Positions 1-14,006 of a stretch of 64,000 nucleotides of DNA are shown piece after piece; position 1 is the first letter of the stretch, and every line of letters begins with the position of its first letter. The position numbers and the translations under genes are program-made. A model generated the notes under the pieces. That model saw only the letters and a program-made list of their open reading frames with translations, searched no databases and had not been told where the DNA came from. The stretch lies in the NCBI GenBank assembly GCA_951406725.2, contig OX597814.1, positions 68,882,001 through 68,946,000 of the forward strand, given 5' to 3'. Origin of the DNA: Octopus vulgaris (lineage: Eukaryota).

Positions 1-1018
1 GTTAAGTTGTTATTATTGACCCCATTACCACTTTTCGGATAAATGCTATTATTATCACTATTATTATATATTATTATTCCTAATGTACTTATTCCTCTTT
101 CCATTATTGTTCTCATGGTTGTTACTATACTATTATCATTATCAACATTAAATTGATAAATCATCAATGACCTTGAAGATATGCTGGTGTCCTTCAAAAC
201 CAGCAGGCTGTGAAAGTTCAACAACTCATACAATCCTTTCTGTATCTGATCTTTTTTAAACCCTTTATGGCCTCCTCATCCTATGACCATTTTTGCCTTT
301 TATTTATTTATTTATTTATTGTGGTAATCACCTAAATTAATACCAGACTGGTCAACCTGTCTCTTTTTCGAAATTAGTTCTACCTTAGTACCCATATCTT
401 ACTTCGACGCCAACTTCTTTGATAAATTTATTTTATCATTTACTTTTACACATTTTTTTTATTATTTCGTATTTCTTTCTTGGTCATTTTTCCCGATTTT
501 TTCGTTTTTTGTTGTTTTTTTTTTTTGTTTTATTTTACTGCATTTACATACTGCTTTTCCCTCTGAATTTGTATTGTACTAGGGCCATTGCTTCCGTATA
601 GTAAATCGCATAGGCAACATTCTGAGCATATCTATTGTCTGTTGGTGTATATAGAGTGTGCTTACCCTCTGTAGTAATCTTCAGAAATAGAGTTAGTGTT
701 TTCAACCATCATAATGCAGACATCAACTCTACTTCTGAAGATTAGACTGCTGGTTCCCATATATGTACCCTTTAGTACATGAATATACATACGCATGTAT
801 ATTTATCTATACATATTTGTATATTCATATTTTATGTGCGTTAATATTGGTAGAACATCTATTATATAACTAACAAGATTATGAAACAGCTGTAGACACA
901 TGGTATAAACTTCTACTTTCTCATCACTTCTCTTCCCTGTTTTATGTATGTATGTATGTATGTATGTATGTATGTATGCATGCATGCATGCATGTATGTA
1001 TGTATGTATGTATGTATG

Positions 1019-1049
<31 letters not shown>

Positions 1050-1524
1050 CAGTCCAGCCTATGGCATAACTCAGAGCAGACTATAAACATTTGATGTAAT
1101 AAACATATTTAAACATTCCTACCAAACGTATTGAGTTGTATATTAGATGTTTGCACTATGTAAAATATTTTGTAGTATGTTTTATACACGCGCGCGCGCA
1201 CGTACAGATACACACACATTATGCATGTGTGTGTGTTTATTAGTTTATTGAAGTGAATGTCATAAATCTACTAAGAATTCCATATGTTCTATTAGATTCC
1301 AAACTGATACCTGAGCCGAAAATTTGTGTTATTCACTGATAATTCAATATTACAAGTTTGTTGACCTACTGTACAGATGAATAGAATTCTTTGTTATTGT
1401 ACTCTTTTCTAAGATTATTTTTTCACCTGTTGATATGTTATGCTCCTTTCAATTCTTTGATACATTAATTTGACAATCTGTATATTAGTTTTATAGCTGT
1501 TCATGTAACATTTTAAGTTTAAAA

Positions 1525-2346
1525 TATTGGGTTGCCAGATAAATTCGTTTATTTTCCATCTAATTTAATCCTTGTTTTTCATCAACAATTTTAGCAAATC
1601 AGTCCAAATATATTCTCCTTCATTTCTACAACTTCTTACCAAAGTTTCACTAGCTTGTATACACACGCCTTAACGGTAGAAATCACAATCTAGACCCAAT
1701 AATTCACCGAACAGCGTTTTCATTGTTGTTGTTGAACGAAACGCCTCGTAGGTAATCATCTGAAGGTGATATGTCAGGAAAATATGGTGGGAGCGATAGA
1801 TCTTCCCAAATGAGCACCTAAAGGGCATTTTTTGTTAAGTTTTCGTGTTTTAAATGCGCGCTGTGTCACCGGTCGGATTGTTTGGACCTTACTCAGTGAG
1901 TGAAGGTGACGAGTGACGAGTGACGGTATCAAGAGAGCATCCCATCTGCAGGGTCAATTCCCTAATGGATTGGCGCGGAATCCTCGAGGATAAGCTCATT
2001 CAATTAACCCTCATTGAATTGAACCAGTCAGCCGGAATGCGGAAAGTCTGTGAGGTCGAATTTCTCCTGCTTGAAATGTGAAAACCATTTCTGTGTTGTT
2101 CTTTCAGTAATAGTGTCTTCCTGTACAAAACACAAATGTTTGGAACGGCTTTCATAGCTTTGAAGCATTGATTCAAAGCGAAAAGAATCAGATGGGAGGT
2201 GTCGAAATTTTTTTTCCTTTTACTTGGCACCCTGTCGTCATATGTTCGAAAAAAAGGTAAAATTTATTTAAATTTCAAACAGATGAAAAACAGAACTATG
2301 AGAAAAACATAAACACATACAATAAAAATATTTGTACAACCCATTA
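1525..2346 (-). mobile_element. Degenerate, internally deleted mariner DNA transposon
   Basis: Minus strand gives an N-terminal HLILFALNQCFKA... segment and WEDLSLPPYFPDISPSDDYL (the YSPDLAPSDY motif). Imperfect TIRs TATTGGGTTG (1525) and CAACCCATTA (2337-2346). Confidence 0.8.
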
Positions 2347-2660
2347 TCTGCCAATTATCTATTACATCTATCTTTCAGACTTCTGAATAACTCAAAATTC
2401 TCATCATTATACACAGTTCATCTTTTCTCATAATACTTCTGAGGTTTACACAAAGTGCTTATGCAAAATAATATTTATATGATCATAATGTAGTCGTCAT
2501 CGAAACGTGTGAAAAGATCTTATTTGTAAATAATTTCACACTATATTCTCCACTAGTAAATATATATAAATACGCGCGCACACACACACACATTTATGTA
2601 TGTAGGTATGTATGTATTATGCATATATGTATATGTATATATATATATATATTTATATAC

Positions 2661-2745
<85 letters not shown>

Positions 2746-4597
2746 TATAATGCACTTGAAACCATGAATACATAAATAATAATGCAAACCCACTCAAGCA
2801 CCTATAACCATAGATTGAAATACAGACAAAAGTGGTAATAAATACAAAGTCATGGGTGATCATACACATACTAATAATGTATAAGTCTTAAAAAGTTCAA
2901 GCACCGAAGTAAAGGTTCATTATTTTCTGAATATCTTCTGTATCAGCTATAAGATTACAATCGTCAGCACTCAAATCGCGAACAAGAATTATAAAGGTCT
3001 TTGATTTAGTTTTGAGATGACTCAGATTAAAAGTTTACCTGTTGTGAGATAGCGAACAAATATATCAAGATCACAATACTTAAATGTACGAGTAATCACA
3101 ACGGCACAGTAAATTTAGAATAGTCAAATATGAATTAGTTTATCTATATGTGTATAATTATCAATTTAGTTGACACGTAATCCTTCTTTTGTATGTTACT
3201 TAACCTAAATATTTGTTCGTTTTAGTTTTATATTTGTTTAGTTTTATATTTGTTTCTAGAATATATACTTTACTTCATACAACTTGTTCCCCTTATTCTA
3301 TTTTACCTTCTATTTTATAAGGCAGTTTCCTACCCTTTAGTGAGTAGATGTTTTATATATACTTTGCATGAATTTTTAACTTGTTTTTCGTGTTGTATTA
3401 AGATTTTACCTCCACCATCCGTTTATCTTTTAAGTACACATCTACAGATTCTGTAACTTCCCTGAATAATATGCTTGTATATTATATGGTATGCCCTTGT
3501 AGCCAATAAATTAATCATTTTAATTATTATTACTATTGACAGAGTTCACAGGAAAAAATAACTTTTGCCTAGGTTACCTATGAGAATGCTGTCTATTTTG
3601 TTGCTGTTTTTTCGCTAGCATAAGGCTTCGAATATCTAAACATCAAACCCATTCCCTAACATAGAAAAGAATGTTCCTTCTTAATCATTTTAATTGTGTA
3701 CATATATTTTTGCAATGTCATTTCGCTTTCTTCAGTGTGACTGCTTTCATATAAGGGAGATTAGATGCTAGCACAATGGTGATTACGGCTCAAAATTTTT
3801 TCCAGATGTGATGGGAAATTAAAACCACATCGGGAAAAAAACAAATAGATAAAATTTGAGAAGCACAAATGAAAGTTGCTGAAAACGCAAATTTAATCAA
3901 AACTCACAAAAGTAGTTACAACAGCAGCTCACCTTTTAGTGTCGTAGACCAAAAACATATTTTAGATACGAGTCAACTCCAGATAAAAGAAGTATATGAG
4001 AGGCATGATAGGAAAAGAGAATGCCTCTCTTCCCGAGAAATTTACTACAGGAAGAAAACGGATGGGTTCTCGATATGCCAGAGAGAGATTTGAGGGATAC
4101 CTAACCAATGTAAAACAGTATGAATGTTTCCACAGCAGCTGTAGAGAATGCGAAAATGAGGACTATATAATTTAGCTAAAAAGTTGATAGAACTACCATA
4201 AATAGTCAGGAGAAAAGGAAGATTCACGGCCAGAGCAATTTGTACCGAAATCAATCGTTGGTTTATATTCATCTTTGTTGCACGGTACAGGCATGTCATG
4301 AAAAAGCAAAGATGATCCAAAACCAAGTGGGATCGAGTGATATTTCCGTAGACATCCAGGTCCTGGTTACCTCAAAGACTACAAATTCTCCTTCAATTAC
4401 ACTACATAGTGGAGCGAACACAAGGTCGATATGATGAGTGCTACAAAGCAGAAAACCCAACTGTATGTGTAAAACAAAGATCTACTTTAGGGTCTTCTAT
4501 CCTTAGAAGAAAAAAGAGAAGGTAAGAAAAGATTATGAGAGACCACAGGAAAGGCAGAACCGACAACGGCAATTTTCTGACATGAGGAACCAAGGGA

Positions 4598-4688
4598 TTC
4601 TTCTTCTTCTTCTTCTTCTTCTTCTTCTTCTTCTTCTTCTTCTTCTTCTTCTTCTTCTTCTTCTTCTTCTTCTTCTTCTTCTTCTTCT
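4598..4688. repeat. (CTT)n microsatellite, about 30 units
   Basis: Read directly. Confidence 0.98.
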
Positions 4689-6503
4689 TTTTCTTCAGCA
4701 CAAAGCCACTCTGAACTACGGATGGAAGCTGAAGAAATATGGTCATCCTTCGGGTACCGTAAACAAAAATTAAAGAAGGCGAAAATAGAACGAGTCAAAG
4801 ATAGAGGCAAGTCGGATGCTGAAAGTCCACTAACAAGCTTCGCCTAAAGCTTGGAGTGCATAAATTTCACAGCTGATCGAATTAATAGCGAAACTCTCAT
4901 GAAACTGTTGAATAACCCAGAGTGGAAAGCGAAGAATTCTATCATGATTGAAAAGAAGATAGCGGATGAGTAAACTGAAACTTCAAATAAACGACTGTTG
5001 TTAAAAACCAAGCCAACAATCTATCTCTAGAGCTAAGAAAGCAGCCTTCCGATGATACCGATTTTTTTCACGGTTCGGGTAAAGGCGAGAAATTCCTCGG
5101 AAGTTTCTGTTGATAAAAGGGTGTCTTGGCAGAGGTGGGTTTGGTGTAGTAGGATGCCGTGACTCAACTTAGGTTACGACTTCTCACCTCTTTGTGAATG
5201 GTTTGCCTTAATTTGTTTTGCATATTGAGAGTCCTTTCAGCTTAGATCCGGTCAAAGAAATAAAGTTTGTCCTAATAGGTCAATCTTTTGTATTTCTATA
5301 GACAGATGTTGATTTAATTTAACTTAAATTATTACTTTTCATTAGTGCAATTTATTTAAAGTAATTTAAGATGACTTCTTTTTCTGGGATAGCAGCAGAA
5401 GTCGATGGCCACATGTATGTTATCAACTGATATTCCGCAAGTATTTCGAGAATATTGAAACTTTTTTAAAACTTAGACCCGGACTTCGAACAATGGCAAA
5501 CAAAAGATTATGATTATTCATCTATGCACAATTGTGCAAAAGATTATCATTAACATATTGCATTACAAGCATACATGTAGAGTTTGACAAAATCTCGACA
5601 AGGAAGATAATAACAAACATAGCACATCCTTTTCCAATGATGCAGGAAAGAAAATTATGTTTATATCTCCTCTTTGCCTAGATGAATGTATCGAGAAAAG
5701 ATTGAGGAGGAAAGTGATTTACTTCTCTATAACTTGAAAACAGAAAAGATTTCCATATGACTTCAATGGAACGCTTAAAAGAAGCCCGGGTTGATGTGTG
5801 CCGCAATGTGCTCACACGATTGGGAAGGGGATCAAGTATCTGGTTTTCAAAAAGCATGACCAAAGCGAGGTGAGAGGTGACGTTGGTGCTCCACACATCT
5901 TCCCACAAAATATGAAAAGACAAGAGTCATGGCTAAAGATAGTTGTTCCTTAGCTCCTCGTCTTATTTTCAGTGTAGTCAGATAAAATGCATGGAGGTGA
6001 CACACAAAGACATGTAATCGCATAGATTTGCATTAACGTGTAATTCTTGATGACTCCTGAAGACCACAGGCTATCTCGGGGCTGTATTCTGTTGTAAAGG
6101 CACAAACAATCAGAGTAATGATGCAAGACAGTAAACCAAGTTGTTGCATGTCCAAGCAATAAGATCCACTTGAGAACATCCTATCTAGAAGAGGAGTAAC
6201 TAGAGCAGTGGGTAAATAACAGAAGCAGTAATAGGCCTCAGAAGCACATGCATCCAGAGCATTGTCGTATGCAGATGCGACAATATCAAAATATTTTTTC
6301 CTCCCAGAACCAGAACCAGAAGCGAAGAAGTTGAAAAGTTCACTTTATTGGTCACACCAATTGTATCTCTCTATAGTCTTGTGAGGATGCTAATAAAATA
6401 GACGATGAACAATGGAGACAAACTTTCGGTGATAGAAAGTACACGGCAAAACCGAATTCGATCAGGACTGAGCAATCATTGTTATATTAGTGCTTAAACC
6501 AAG

Positions 6504-6786
6504 TGAAGGCGCGTGACTTAGTGGTTAGGGGCATTCGGTTCATGATCGTAAGGTTGTGAATTCAATTCACGGTGACGCGTTGTGTCCTTGAGCAAGACAC
6601 TTTATTTAACGTTGCTCCAATCCATTCAGCTGGCAAAAATGAGTAGTACCTGTATTTCAAAGGGCCAGCCTTGTCACACACAGGGTTCACGTGTTTGTGG
6701 AGTGCTCAGTCACTTGCACGTTAATTTCACGAGCAAGCTGTTCCGTTGATCGTATCAGCTGGGAGCCTCGTCGTCGCAACCGGCGG
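6504..6786 (+). mobile_element. tRNA-derived SINE with 15-bp target-site duplication
   Basis: A-box-like TGACTTAGTGG, degenerate B box and GTGTCCTTGAGCAAGACACTT central motif. Flanked by AGTGCTTAAACCAAG at 6489-6503 and 6787-6801. Confidence 0.85.
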
Positions 6787-7489
6787 AGTGCTTAAACCAA
6801 GCATTATAAAATACTTCCTTTTCTCTCCTTACTATCATCATTATCAGCAGCAGTATAAGTAGCAGCATTTCTATGTGTTATGATATATATGCCTTAGAGG
6901 GAGAAAAAGGGACAGAGAGATTGAATAAAATGGAAGTATATGTGCGTGTATGTGTGCACGTATTTATGTTTGTTTGTATATATGTGGTGTGGAGCAGTAC
7001 TGTAAGACCATATTGGGCAATAACCCAGTGTATTATCCATCAAGCAACACGAACTCACTCCTGACTATCTGCACTTTTAAACTGATATTCGACTTTAAAG
7101 AAGTTCATTGGTGGGGGGACTCTAGGTGCTTCTTACCTCTGGTAAAATTGGTAAAAGTAGATTATAAACCTAGGAAGACGCTGAAGAGTCAATGTGGTGC
7201 AAGTTTCAATGTTTCTCAATCGGGGTCAATATGACCCTTGGGTCATATATAAGATTTTTTATTGTTAAAATTTATGTGCAATAAATTGCTTATAGTTCTA
7301 CTATACTTGACACAATTCCTACTATTTAATTATAAAAATACTGTAGGGTACTTTTTATGGCATTCTTTCGTTTCAAGCAGCAAAGTTGTGAACCCGATCA
7401 TATGATTGTTAATTTCCGTAAATTTTTTTTTATTTCTTTATACACATACAAATCCCGAAAGCATTTTTGTCTTCCACAACTGGTACGAA

Positions 7490-7522
<33 letters not shown>

Positions 7523-8397
7523 TGTATGTATGTATGTATGTATGTATGTATGTATGTATGTATGTATGTATGTATGTATGTATGTATGCATGCATGTAAA
7601 CAGGGGCAAGTAAAAAATTATATGCACTCTTGTTTTTGTAATCTATTAAAACAAAAGCAGAGATTGAAATATTACATCATTTTCCGATATAATCTCCTTA
7701 CTTTTCTATGCACTTCTTCCAGCGGTCCTCAAGCTCGTTTAGTCAGTAGCAAGTCGATGTCCTCGTGAATGATGTTTGAGCAATCGAAAGAGGTAATGGT
7801 CGAAGAGACAAGATCTGGACTACATTTTTCAATAGTGTGAACTGAAAGATGTGGTAGCGCGTGATAGCGTTATATCATTGCTTAGTTCAATAATTTGCTA
7901 ATTAGCAATTAAATTATAAACAAATACTTATTATGGATGCGTGCGCCTGTGTTTGCATGTAATTGGTTTAATTGCATACATAGTGAAGGATGGGTAATAT
8001 TTTTCACATTGAGAGTACATCTTTCAAGAAATCCTTTTCCAATAAAGCTTTTTAAAATTTCAAGCAATATTTTATAGGATAAAACAAGAAAGCAACAACA
8101 ACTCTGTAATCCTACTCCGCCTCCTCCTCCTCCTCATCGTCATCATCATCGTCATCACCTCATCGAATAACCAGCTATCTTAATGCACTGTGTGTAGTTA
8201 ATAACAATATAGACAAATATAATACTCATTAAAAACTCTATGGTGTCTCAAATCGCTTTCAGATTTTTCTTGAAAAAAACATATAATTGGCATTATTATT
8301 AGTTTTGCTGTCGTTGTCATTGTCGATTGCGCTATCGATATTACTGCAGTTTTCTGTGTATCGTATTGCAGTTAGAATAACATTCATTTACACAGAC

Positions 8398-8431
<34 letters not shown>

Positions 8432-9062
8432 GCATAAATGCGTGTGTGTAAACATGCTTGTATATGTTTATACATATGTAATCATATATCTCTTTCTTAC
8501 TTTCTTTCTCACTCTTTCTCTTTCTCTATATGTGTGTGTGTTTTTGAGGGTGTGTTTACGCCTATGTGTACGCACACACACACATACACAGAAAATACTT
8601 ATGTAAACAGGCGTATAAGCTGAACGGTTTGAGTGTTGAATTAAATACCACTCAGTTGTATTTGTTCTGACTCACCGCGCTCTGAGTTCAAATCCAGATA
8701 AAAATCAACTTTGTCTTCCATGATTTTAAGGTTGATAAAAAACGTTATCGTTCCAGGGCAAGAAGATCGGCAGCAGCATTGTTAGAACAGGATGCGGTGT
8801 CTTATAGTTTTTGTTCTAGCTCTGCGCATTCTAAATTCATGTTCTCTGTCACCGAAAACTGGTAACATTACTGTTAAAATTACGACTGAAAGCTACTATT
8901 AGCAATTGGAAAAACCAATAGAAACATAAATTTCCTTGGTTTAATCGAAAGATCGACTTTATCAGATCCTTCCTGAACTTTGTCCATAGTGTCCAAGGCG
9001 TCCATAGTGTCCAACTTTGTCCAAGGCGCAGGCGTGGCTGTGTGGTAAGTAGCTTGCTAACC

Positions 9063-11183
9063 TCTAACGTGTTCGGACGTGTTTTTTTGGCTGCTCTAGT
9101 TGCCACGTGCTTCGACGTGAAATGTTGAATTATTGACTCGACTAAAGGTAGGAATTTTGTATTTTTGCGAGCGAAGTGAATTTTATTGCTCGCATTTAAT
9201 GTTTTTTAGCATTTAATATTTTTTAGCGGGTAATAAACTCTACTTTGCTCCGGAGATGTATTTTATCTGCCTGTGGTCGAGTATAAAGTCTTACTTTGTA
9301 GTGAGAATTGTGTTTTTTTGAGGAGGCATAGCCCCACCTCAAAAATTAACGTGTGTAATTGCCTTTGTTTTCGGATATACCAACGGAGTACCAAGAATAT
9401 TAACACAAGTGGATTACCAGTGGCCTGGAATACCTTTTTGGCCGGGAAAAAAGAAGAAAAAAAAATAATAACAATTCCTTTGCCTGGATTTGAACTCTCT
9501 TCTGCTATCTTTAATTTAAAAAAAAAAAAAATTTTTTTTGAACTGCTGTTTCTAATTTTGTTTCTTCCCTTCTGTTCTGTTTTTATTCTCCTTTTTTTGT
9601 CTATTTATTTTTATCACGTTGAACTATTTTTTGAACTTTTGTTATGGCAAAGGAGTTAACCATATGGGAGTTGACACCTCCGAAAAGTTATCTGAAGGAG
9701 CTGGAGGATAAGACCGTGGTACTGAGGACTTATTCAAAGTCGCTCAACACCATCACGGTCTTTCCGAAGGCAAAAATAATTGAAGAGCTGGCAGATTATA
9801 TGCCAGCCGTAAAATACATTACATGGGGAGCCATATACGCAACGGTTTGGTTGCTGTTTGACTCCCCAAAAGCTGCTTGCGATTTTGCAAGCAAGCCCAT
9901 TGAGGGCAAAGAAATCTTGTTTCTCCCTAGTTACAAGGGAGAAAAATTAATAAGATTATGGATCTGCGGCCTGCCACCCGGCATTGAACCCGAGTGGATG
10001 GATGACTCTATCCGCCGGGGTCTGGGTGGTAGTAGCGCTAAGATCCTAAATGTTAGGATACAGCCTGCGGCTGATTGGGAGGGGTCAAAGGCTACTTTGA
10101 CCCTATGGACCCAGTCAGCCAAAAGTCTAGTTTTGCCGGACTTCTTGAGGATGGCCGGGTCCAGGTATCCGGTGATGCTTGAGGGACGCCCCCACCCCAA
10201 GTGTCACCTATGCCTGGAGCCTGGACATATCAAGAGGAAGTGTCCCGGGGGCCGTGGTGCTGCCCCGGAGCATGAAAAGGAAAAGGTGCCCGCCGCTCTC
10301 TCATTGGAGGGGGAGACGGTGGAAGTCGTGGAGGAAGTTGCCTCCACGAAAAGAAAAGACAGGTGAGCAACAATGGTTGCTCACCAAAGAACGTACAGAC
10401 GGAGGAGGAGGATAGCGAGCCCCTGCGTCTGCCGAAGGAGCCCCCCGGGCTAGCAGCCTCAAAGAAAAAGAGGAAAAAGAGAATAAGAGGTCGGACGACT
10501 GACGTTTCTGTGTCGCCGACGGAGCCGCGGGTGGGATGTGTGCCACCCGCGGACAGGGCTCCGTCAGTGGGAAGTGTGCCACTGACGGATCAGTGTGATG
10601 TCCCTTCCTGTGAAGAGGAGTTGTTTCTCCTCCTTTACCACAAGGGAGGGAAGGTGGAAAAGTTTTTAAATGGCTTGGGTGACCGAGAACGCAAGGACAC
10701 GGTCGGCTCAAGGAGTCCGTTATGGCCTCCGCGGGTAGCTGCGGAGGTAGCAACGGAAAACATTTTGTCATGGGTCACAGAGACCTTTGAGAGGAAACAT
10801 TTTACTTTTCTCTTTGCAGGCCTCGACTTGTCGTCGCAGAGTTGTCTGCAGGCGGCAAGACAATTTGCTTCGGGGACCTGACAGGGAGAATTTTTGTGAA
10901 ATCATATACTGCCCTTGTGGCAAAAGAAATGAAAGAAGGAACTTTGTAAGAGGTTTTAGTGCCTCCTTCGAGTAAGAGGTCTGCAACCTCATGTCGATTT
11001 ACTGAAACTAAAGAAAATTTAACTTATTGAAAAAAAGAACAATGTCTTAGAGAAGCGGAAGTCAGCGGGCGCTTTCGTCTTCTCCCATCATCATCTTCAC
11101 TTCATCACCATCATTCATTAATGTCTATGTCCAGCCCGTAGCTACTATCTGTGTACTGCCCTTGTGGCAAATTAAATGATATA
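9063..11183 (+). mobile_element. ORF1-only (gag-like zinc knuckle) non-autonomous non-LTR element, probably Tx1/L1-related
   Basis: Perfect 16-bp TSD AAGTAGCTTGCTAACC at 9047-9062 and 11184-11199. About 580 nt of 5' leader, an ORF with a CCHC knuckle, and no endonuclease or RT motifs. Confidence 0.8.
9644..10881 (+). CDS. Retroelement ORF1/gag-like nucleic-acid-binding protein (240 aa, probably continued by 10363-10881 through a frameshift)
   Basis: CHLCLEPGHIKRKC = CX2CX4HX4C. The upstream IRLWICGLPPGI segment resembles Tx1/L1 ORF1. The second frame carries a basic KKKRKKRIR tract. Confidence 0.75.
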
Positions 11184-11930
11184 AAGTAGCTTGCTAACCA
11201 GCCACATGGTTCCGGGTTCAGTCCCACTGCGTGGCATCTTGGGCAAGTGTCTTCTGCCATATCCCCGGGCCGACCAATGCCTTGTGAGTGGATTTGGTAG
11301 ACGGAAACTGAAAGAAGTCTGTCGTATATATGTATGTATATATATATATATGTGTGTGTGTTTCTGTGTTTTGTTCCCCTAGCATTGCTTGACAACCGAT
11401 GCTAGTGTGTTTACGTCCCCGTCACTTAGCGGTTCGGCAAAAGAGACCGATAGAATAAGTACTGGGCTTACAAAGAATAAGTCCCGGGGTCGATTTGCTC
11501 GACTAAAGGCGGTGCTCCAGCATGGCCGCAGTCAAATGACTGAAACAAGTAAAAGAGTAAAGAGTAAAAAGAGTGTAGCCGTTCATATAGTTGGCATTAC
11601 TTGGCCATTCTCCCTAGTGCGCTTCCATATAGTATCAATACCACAGCCTCAAGATATAGCGGTGCAGCTACCTGACAAAGTCAAAGTCCTGTCTCAGCAC
11701 GTAGACGTAAGAACAAAGAAAAGAACTGGTGGGAGTTGACCGGTGCTGCCTTAACTTCTAGAAGCTATCTTGAATTTATCATGTATCCCGTTACGAAATT
11801 CCAGATGTCTGACTAACCAGATTCATTGCATGAAAATATACATAAGAAGTTTGCTTCCCAACCACATGGTTCTGGGTTACACACACACACACACGTGCAT
11901 GTGTGTGTGGGTGTGTGGGTGTGGGTGGGT

Positions 11931-11989
<59 letters not shown>

Positions 11990-12079
11990 TGTCTGCTTTT
12001 AACTATTTCCGAATGACCTGCAGAAATTATTTATTAAAAGTGATCTGTACCGCACATTAGCTCACTCTCTTTATCAAAT

Positions 12080-12254
12080 CGTTGCTGCCTGAACAGGTAC
12101 ACGATGTGCCTCGTGTCAGGTGTCGAAGTAATGCTGAGGCAACGTGAGGTGAAATGTTTTGTTCAAGAACACAACGTACCACTCAGTCTAGGAATTGAAA
12201 TGACGATCGCGATATCGTGAGTGCAACACCCTAACCACTAGGCTATTCGTCCTC
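12080..12254 (-). mobile_element. Degenerate tRNA-derived SINE
   Basis: Reverse complement starts ...TAGCCTAGTGGTTAGGGTGTTGCACTCACGAT... and continues to GTGTTCTTGAACAAAACATTT, similar to the SINE at 6504. Confidence 0.7.
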
Positions 12255-12278
12255 ACATATATATATATATATATACAT

Positions 12279-12332
<54 letters not shown>

Positions 12333-12347
12333 TTACACACACTTATG

Positions 12348-12381
<34 letters not shown>

Positions 12382-12422
12382 TATATCTGTAAATGTAATA
12401 TGTGACACTTATTCGGTAGCCA

Positions 12423-12486
12423 TAATAAAGCTCCGAGTTTCGGATGCCGAGGTGGAAATCCGCGCCGCCATCTCTTCAGTTATCCG
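12423..12486 (-). ncRNA. Degenerate type I hammerhead ribozyme motif
   Basis: GAUAA-CUGAAGA-GAUG...CAUC-C-GAAA-CUCGGAG-CU-UUAUU. The conserved U before the cleavage site is C, so it is probably inactive. Confidence 0.55.
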
Positions 12487-12796
12487 ACCATCGGAAAGAT
12501 ACTATGAAAAATGACCGTTTGGGAAATTACTGTGTAATTGACCGTTATTAAGATAAAAGAGCTATTTGAATGACCGCTAAGTGAGAGGAGGAAGTAAAAG
12601 TAAAGGGGTAAAAAGTTCATAGTATTCGCGTGAGCGTGCATGTTCATACCTACACATGCGCGCTTGCACACCCACGTGCATGCGCCTAAATGTATACATT
12701 CATTCACCCTCACTTGAAACGTACACATCCTCACTCGCACTATTCGCCAAACACACACATACATATATATATAGAGAGAGAGAGAGAAAGAGAGAG

Positions 12797-12873
<77 letters not shown>

Positions 12874-13278
12874 TAGATATATATACACAAACCTCACACA
12901 CATACACACGCGCACCATAAAAGTTCATACCCACGTCTATATACGCACCAGCACAAGAAAAAACAGGGCTAAAGATAACAATACAGAAAAAAGGTGTAAG
13001 GGAGTATACAAAGAGTAAACCACGTCTATATACGCACATACCCGAATGCACGCACACCTACTCGCACACGTCTATATACGCGCACACACATACCCGCACA
13101 CGTCTATATACGCGCAGAAAAAGTTCATACACACGTCTATATGCGCACATGCACAAAAGAAAACAGGGCTAAAGGCAAAAATATAGGAAAATGTGTAAAA
13201 AACAATGAGTAAAACACGTCTATATACGCACATACTCACATGCACGCACATGTGGGTTTGTGTGTATCTATCTATCTA

Positions 13279-13311
<33 letters not shown>

Positions 13312-13432
13312 CAATTTAGGAGTGACCCTAACAGGTCATTCGTCCACCAGAAAGAGCAGCCATAACTCACACCGCCAAGTAGTAGTAATTCAGAAATTAG
13401 GTGAAAATTTAAAAACATTTACCCTAATTCAT

Positions 13433-13532
13433 CTTTTAGACGATGCATCGTTTCTGTGTCATTAATGATTAAATTAGCTTAATTAAATTAAATTAAGCTA
13501 ATCTACCATAGGTTACACTTCATCAGTAAAAA
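13433..13532 (-). ncRNA. Type I hammerhead ribozyme motif, copy 1
   Basis: UUUUUA-CUGAUGA-A-GUGU...ACAC-A-GAAA-CGAUGCAUCG-UC/UAAAAG. Palindromic stem III, GUC cleavage triplet. Confidence 0.72.
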
Positions 13533-13906
13533 ACCTGGGAGAGACAAATATACACGAGGCGTCTGTATCGATGCCTACGGAATATCTGTCTTAAAATTTT
13601 CAAGACTGACGTATTCGCGCCAAACTTATCAGCAGTAAATATAAACTGCCGATTCAATCTCAGAATTATTCAGAAAATTATCAATTAGTCAATTTAGGGT
13701 AGCAAAAAAATTCAATAGAAATTTATCGCTACCAGCGGCCTAGTGGAAAAGAGAAAATAGTCAACGACTAAATATATAAATATAACAATTTAGGAGTGAC
13801 CCTAACAGGTCATTCGTCCACCAGAAAGAGCAGCCATAACTCACACCGCCAAGTAGTAGTAATTCAGAAATTAGGTGAAAATTTAAAAACATTTACCCTA
13901 ATTCAT

Positions 13907-14006
13907 CTTTTAGACGATGCATCGTTTCTGTGTCATTAATGATTAAATTAGCTTAATTAAATTAAATTAAGCTAATCTACCATAGGTTACACTTCATCAG
14001 TAAAAA
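13907..14006 (-). ncRNA. Type I hammerhead ribozyme motif, copy 2
   Basis: Identical to 13433-13532 at an offset of 474 nt. Confidence 0.72.

Larger units (their letters stand above)
9025..11573 (+). mobile_element. tRNA-derived SINE split by a 2.1-kb insertion (head 9025-9062, body 11184-11573)
   Basis: A box TGGCTGTGTGG at the left. B box GGTTCAGTCCC, central region and tail ...CAGCATGGCCGCAGTCAAATGACTGAAAC at the right. The same family occurs inverted at 39050-39408. Confidence 0.88.

Noticed and set aside
5678-6300. Possible ancient LINE fragment on the minus strand
   Set aside because: Only vague similarity by eye, with no convincing RT motif.
6504-6590. Possible tRNA gene
   Set aside because: There is no acceptor-stem closure, it continues into a SINE body and it is flanked by a TSD.
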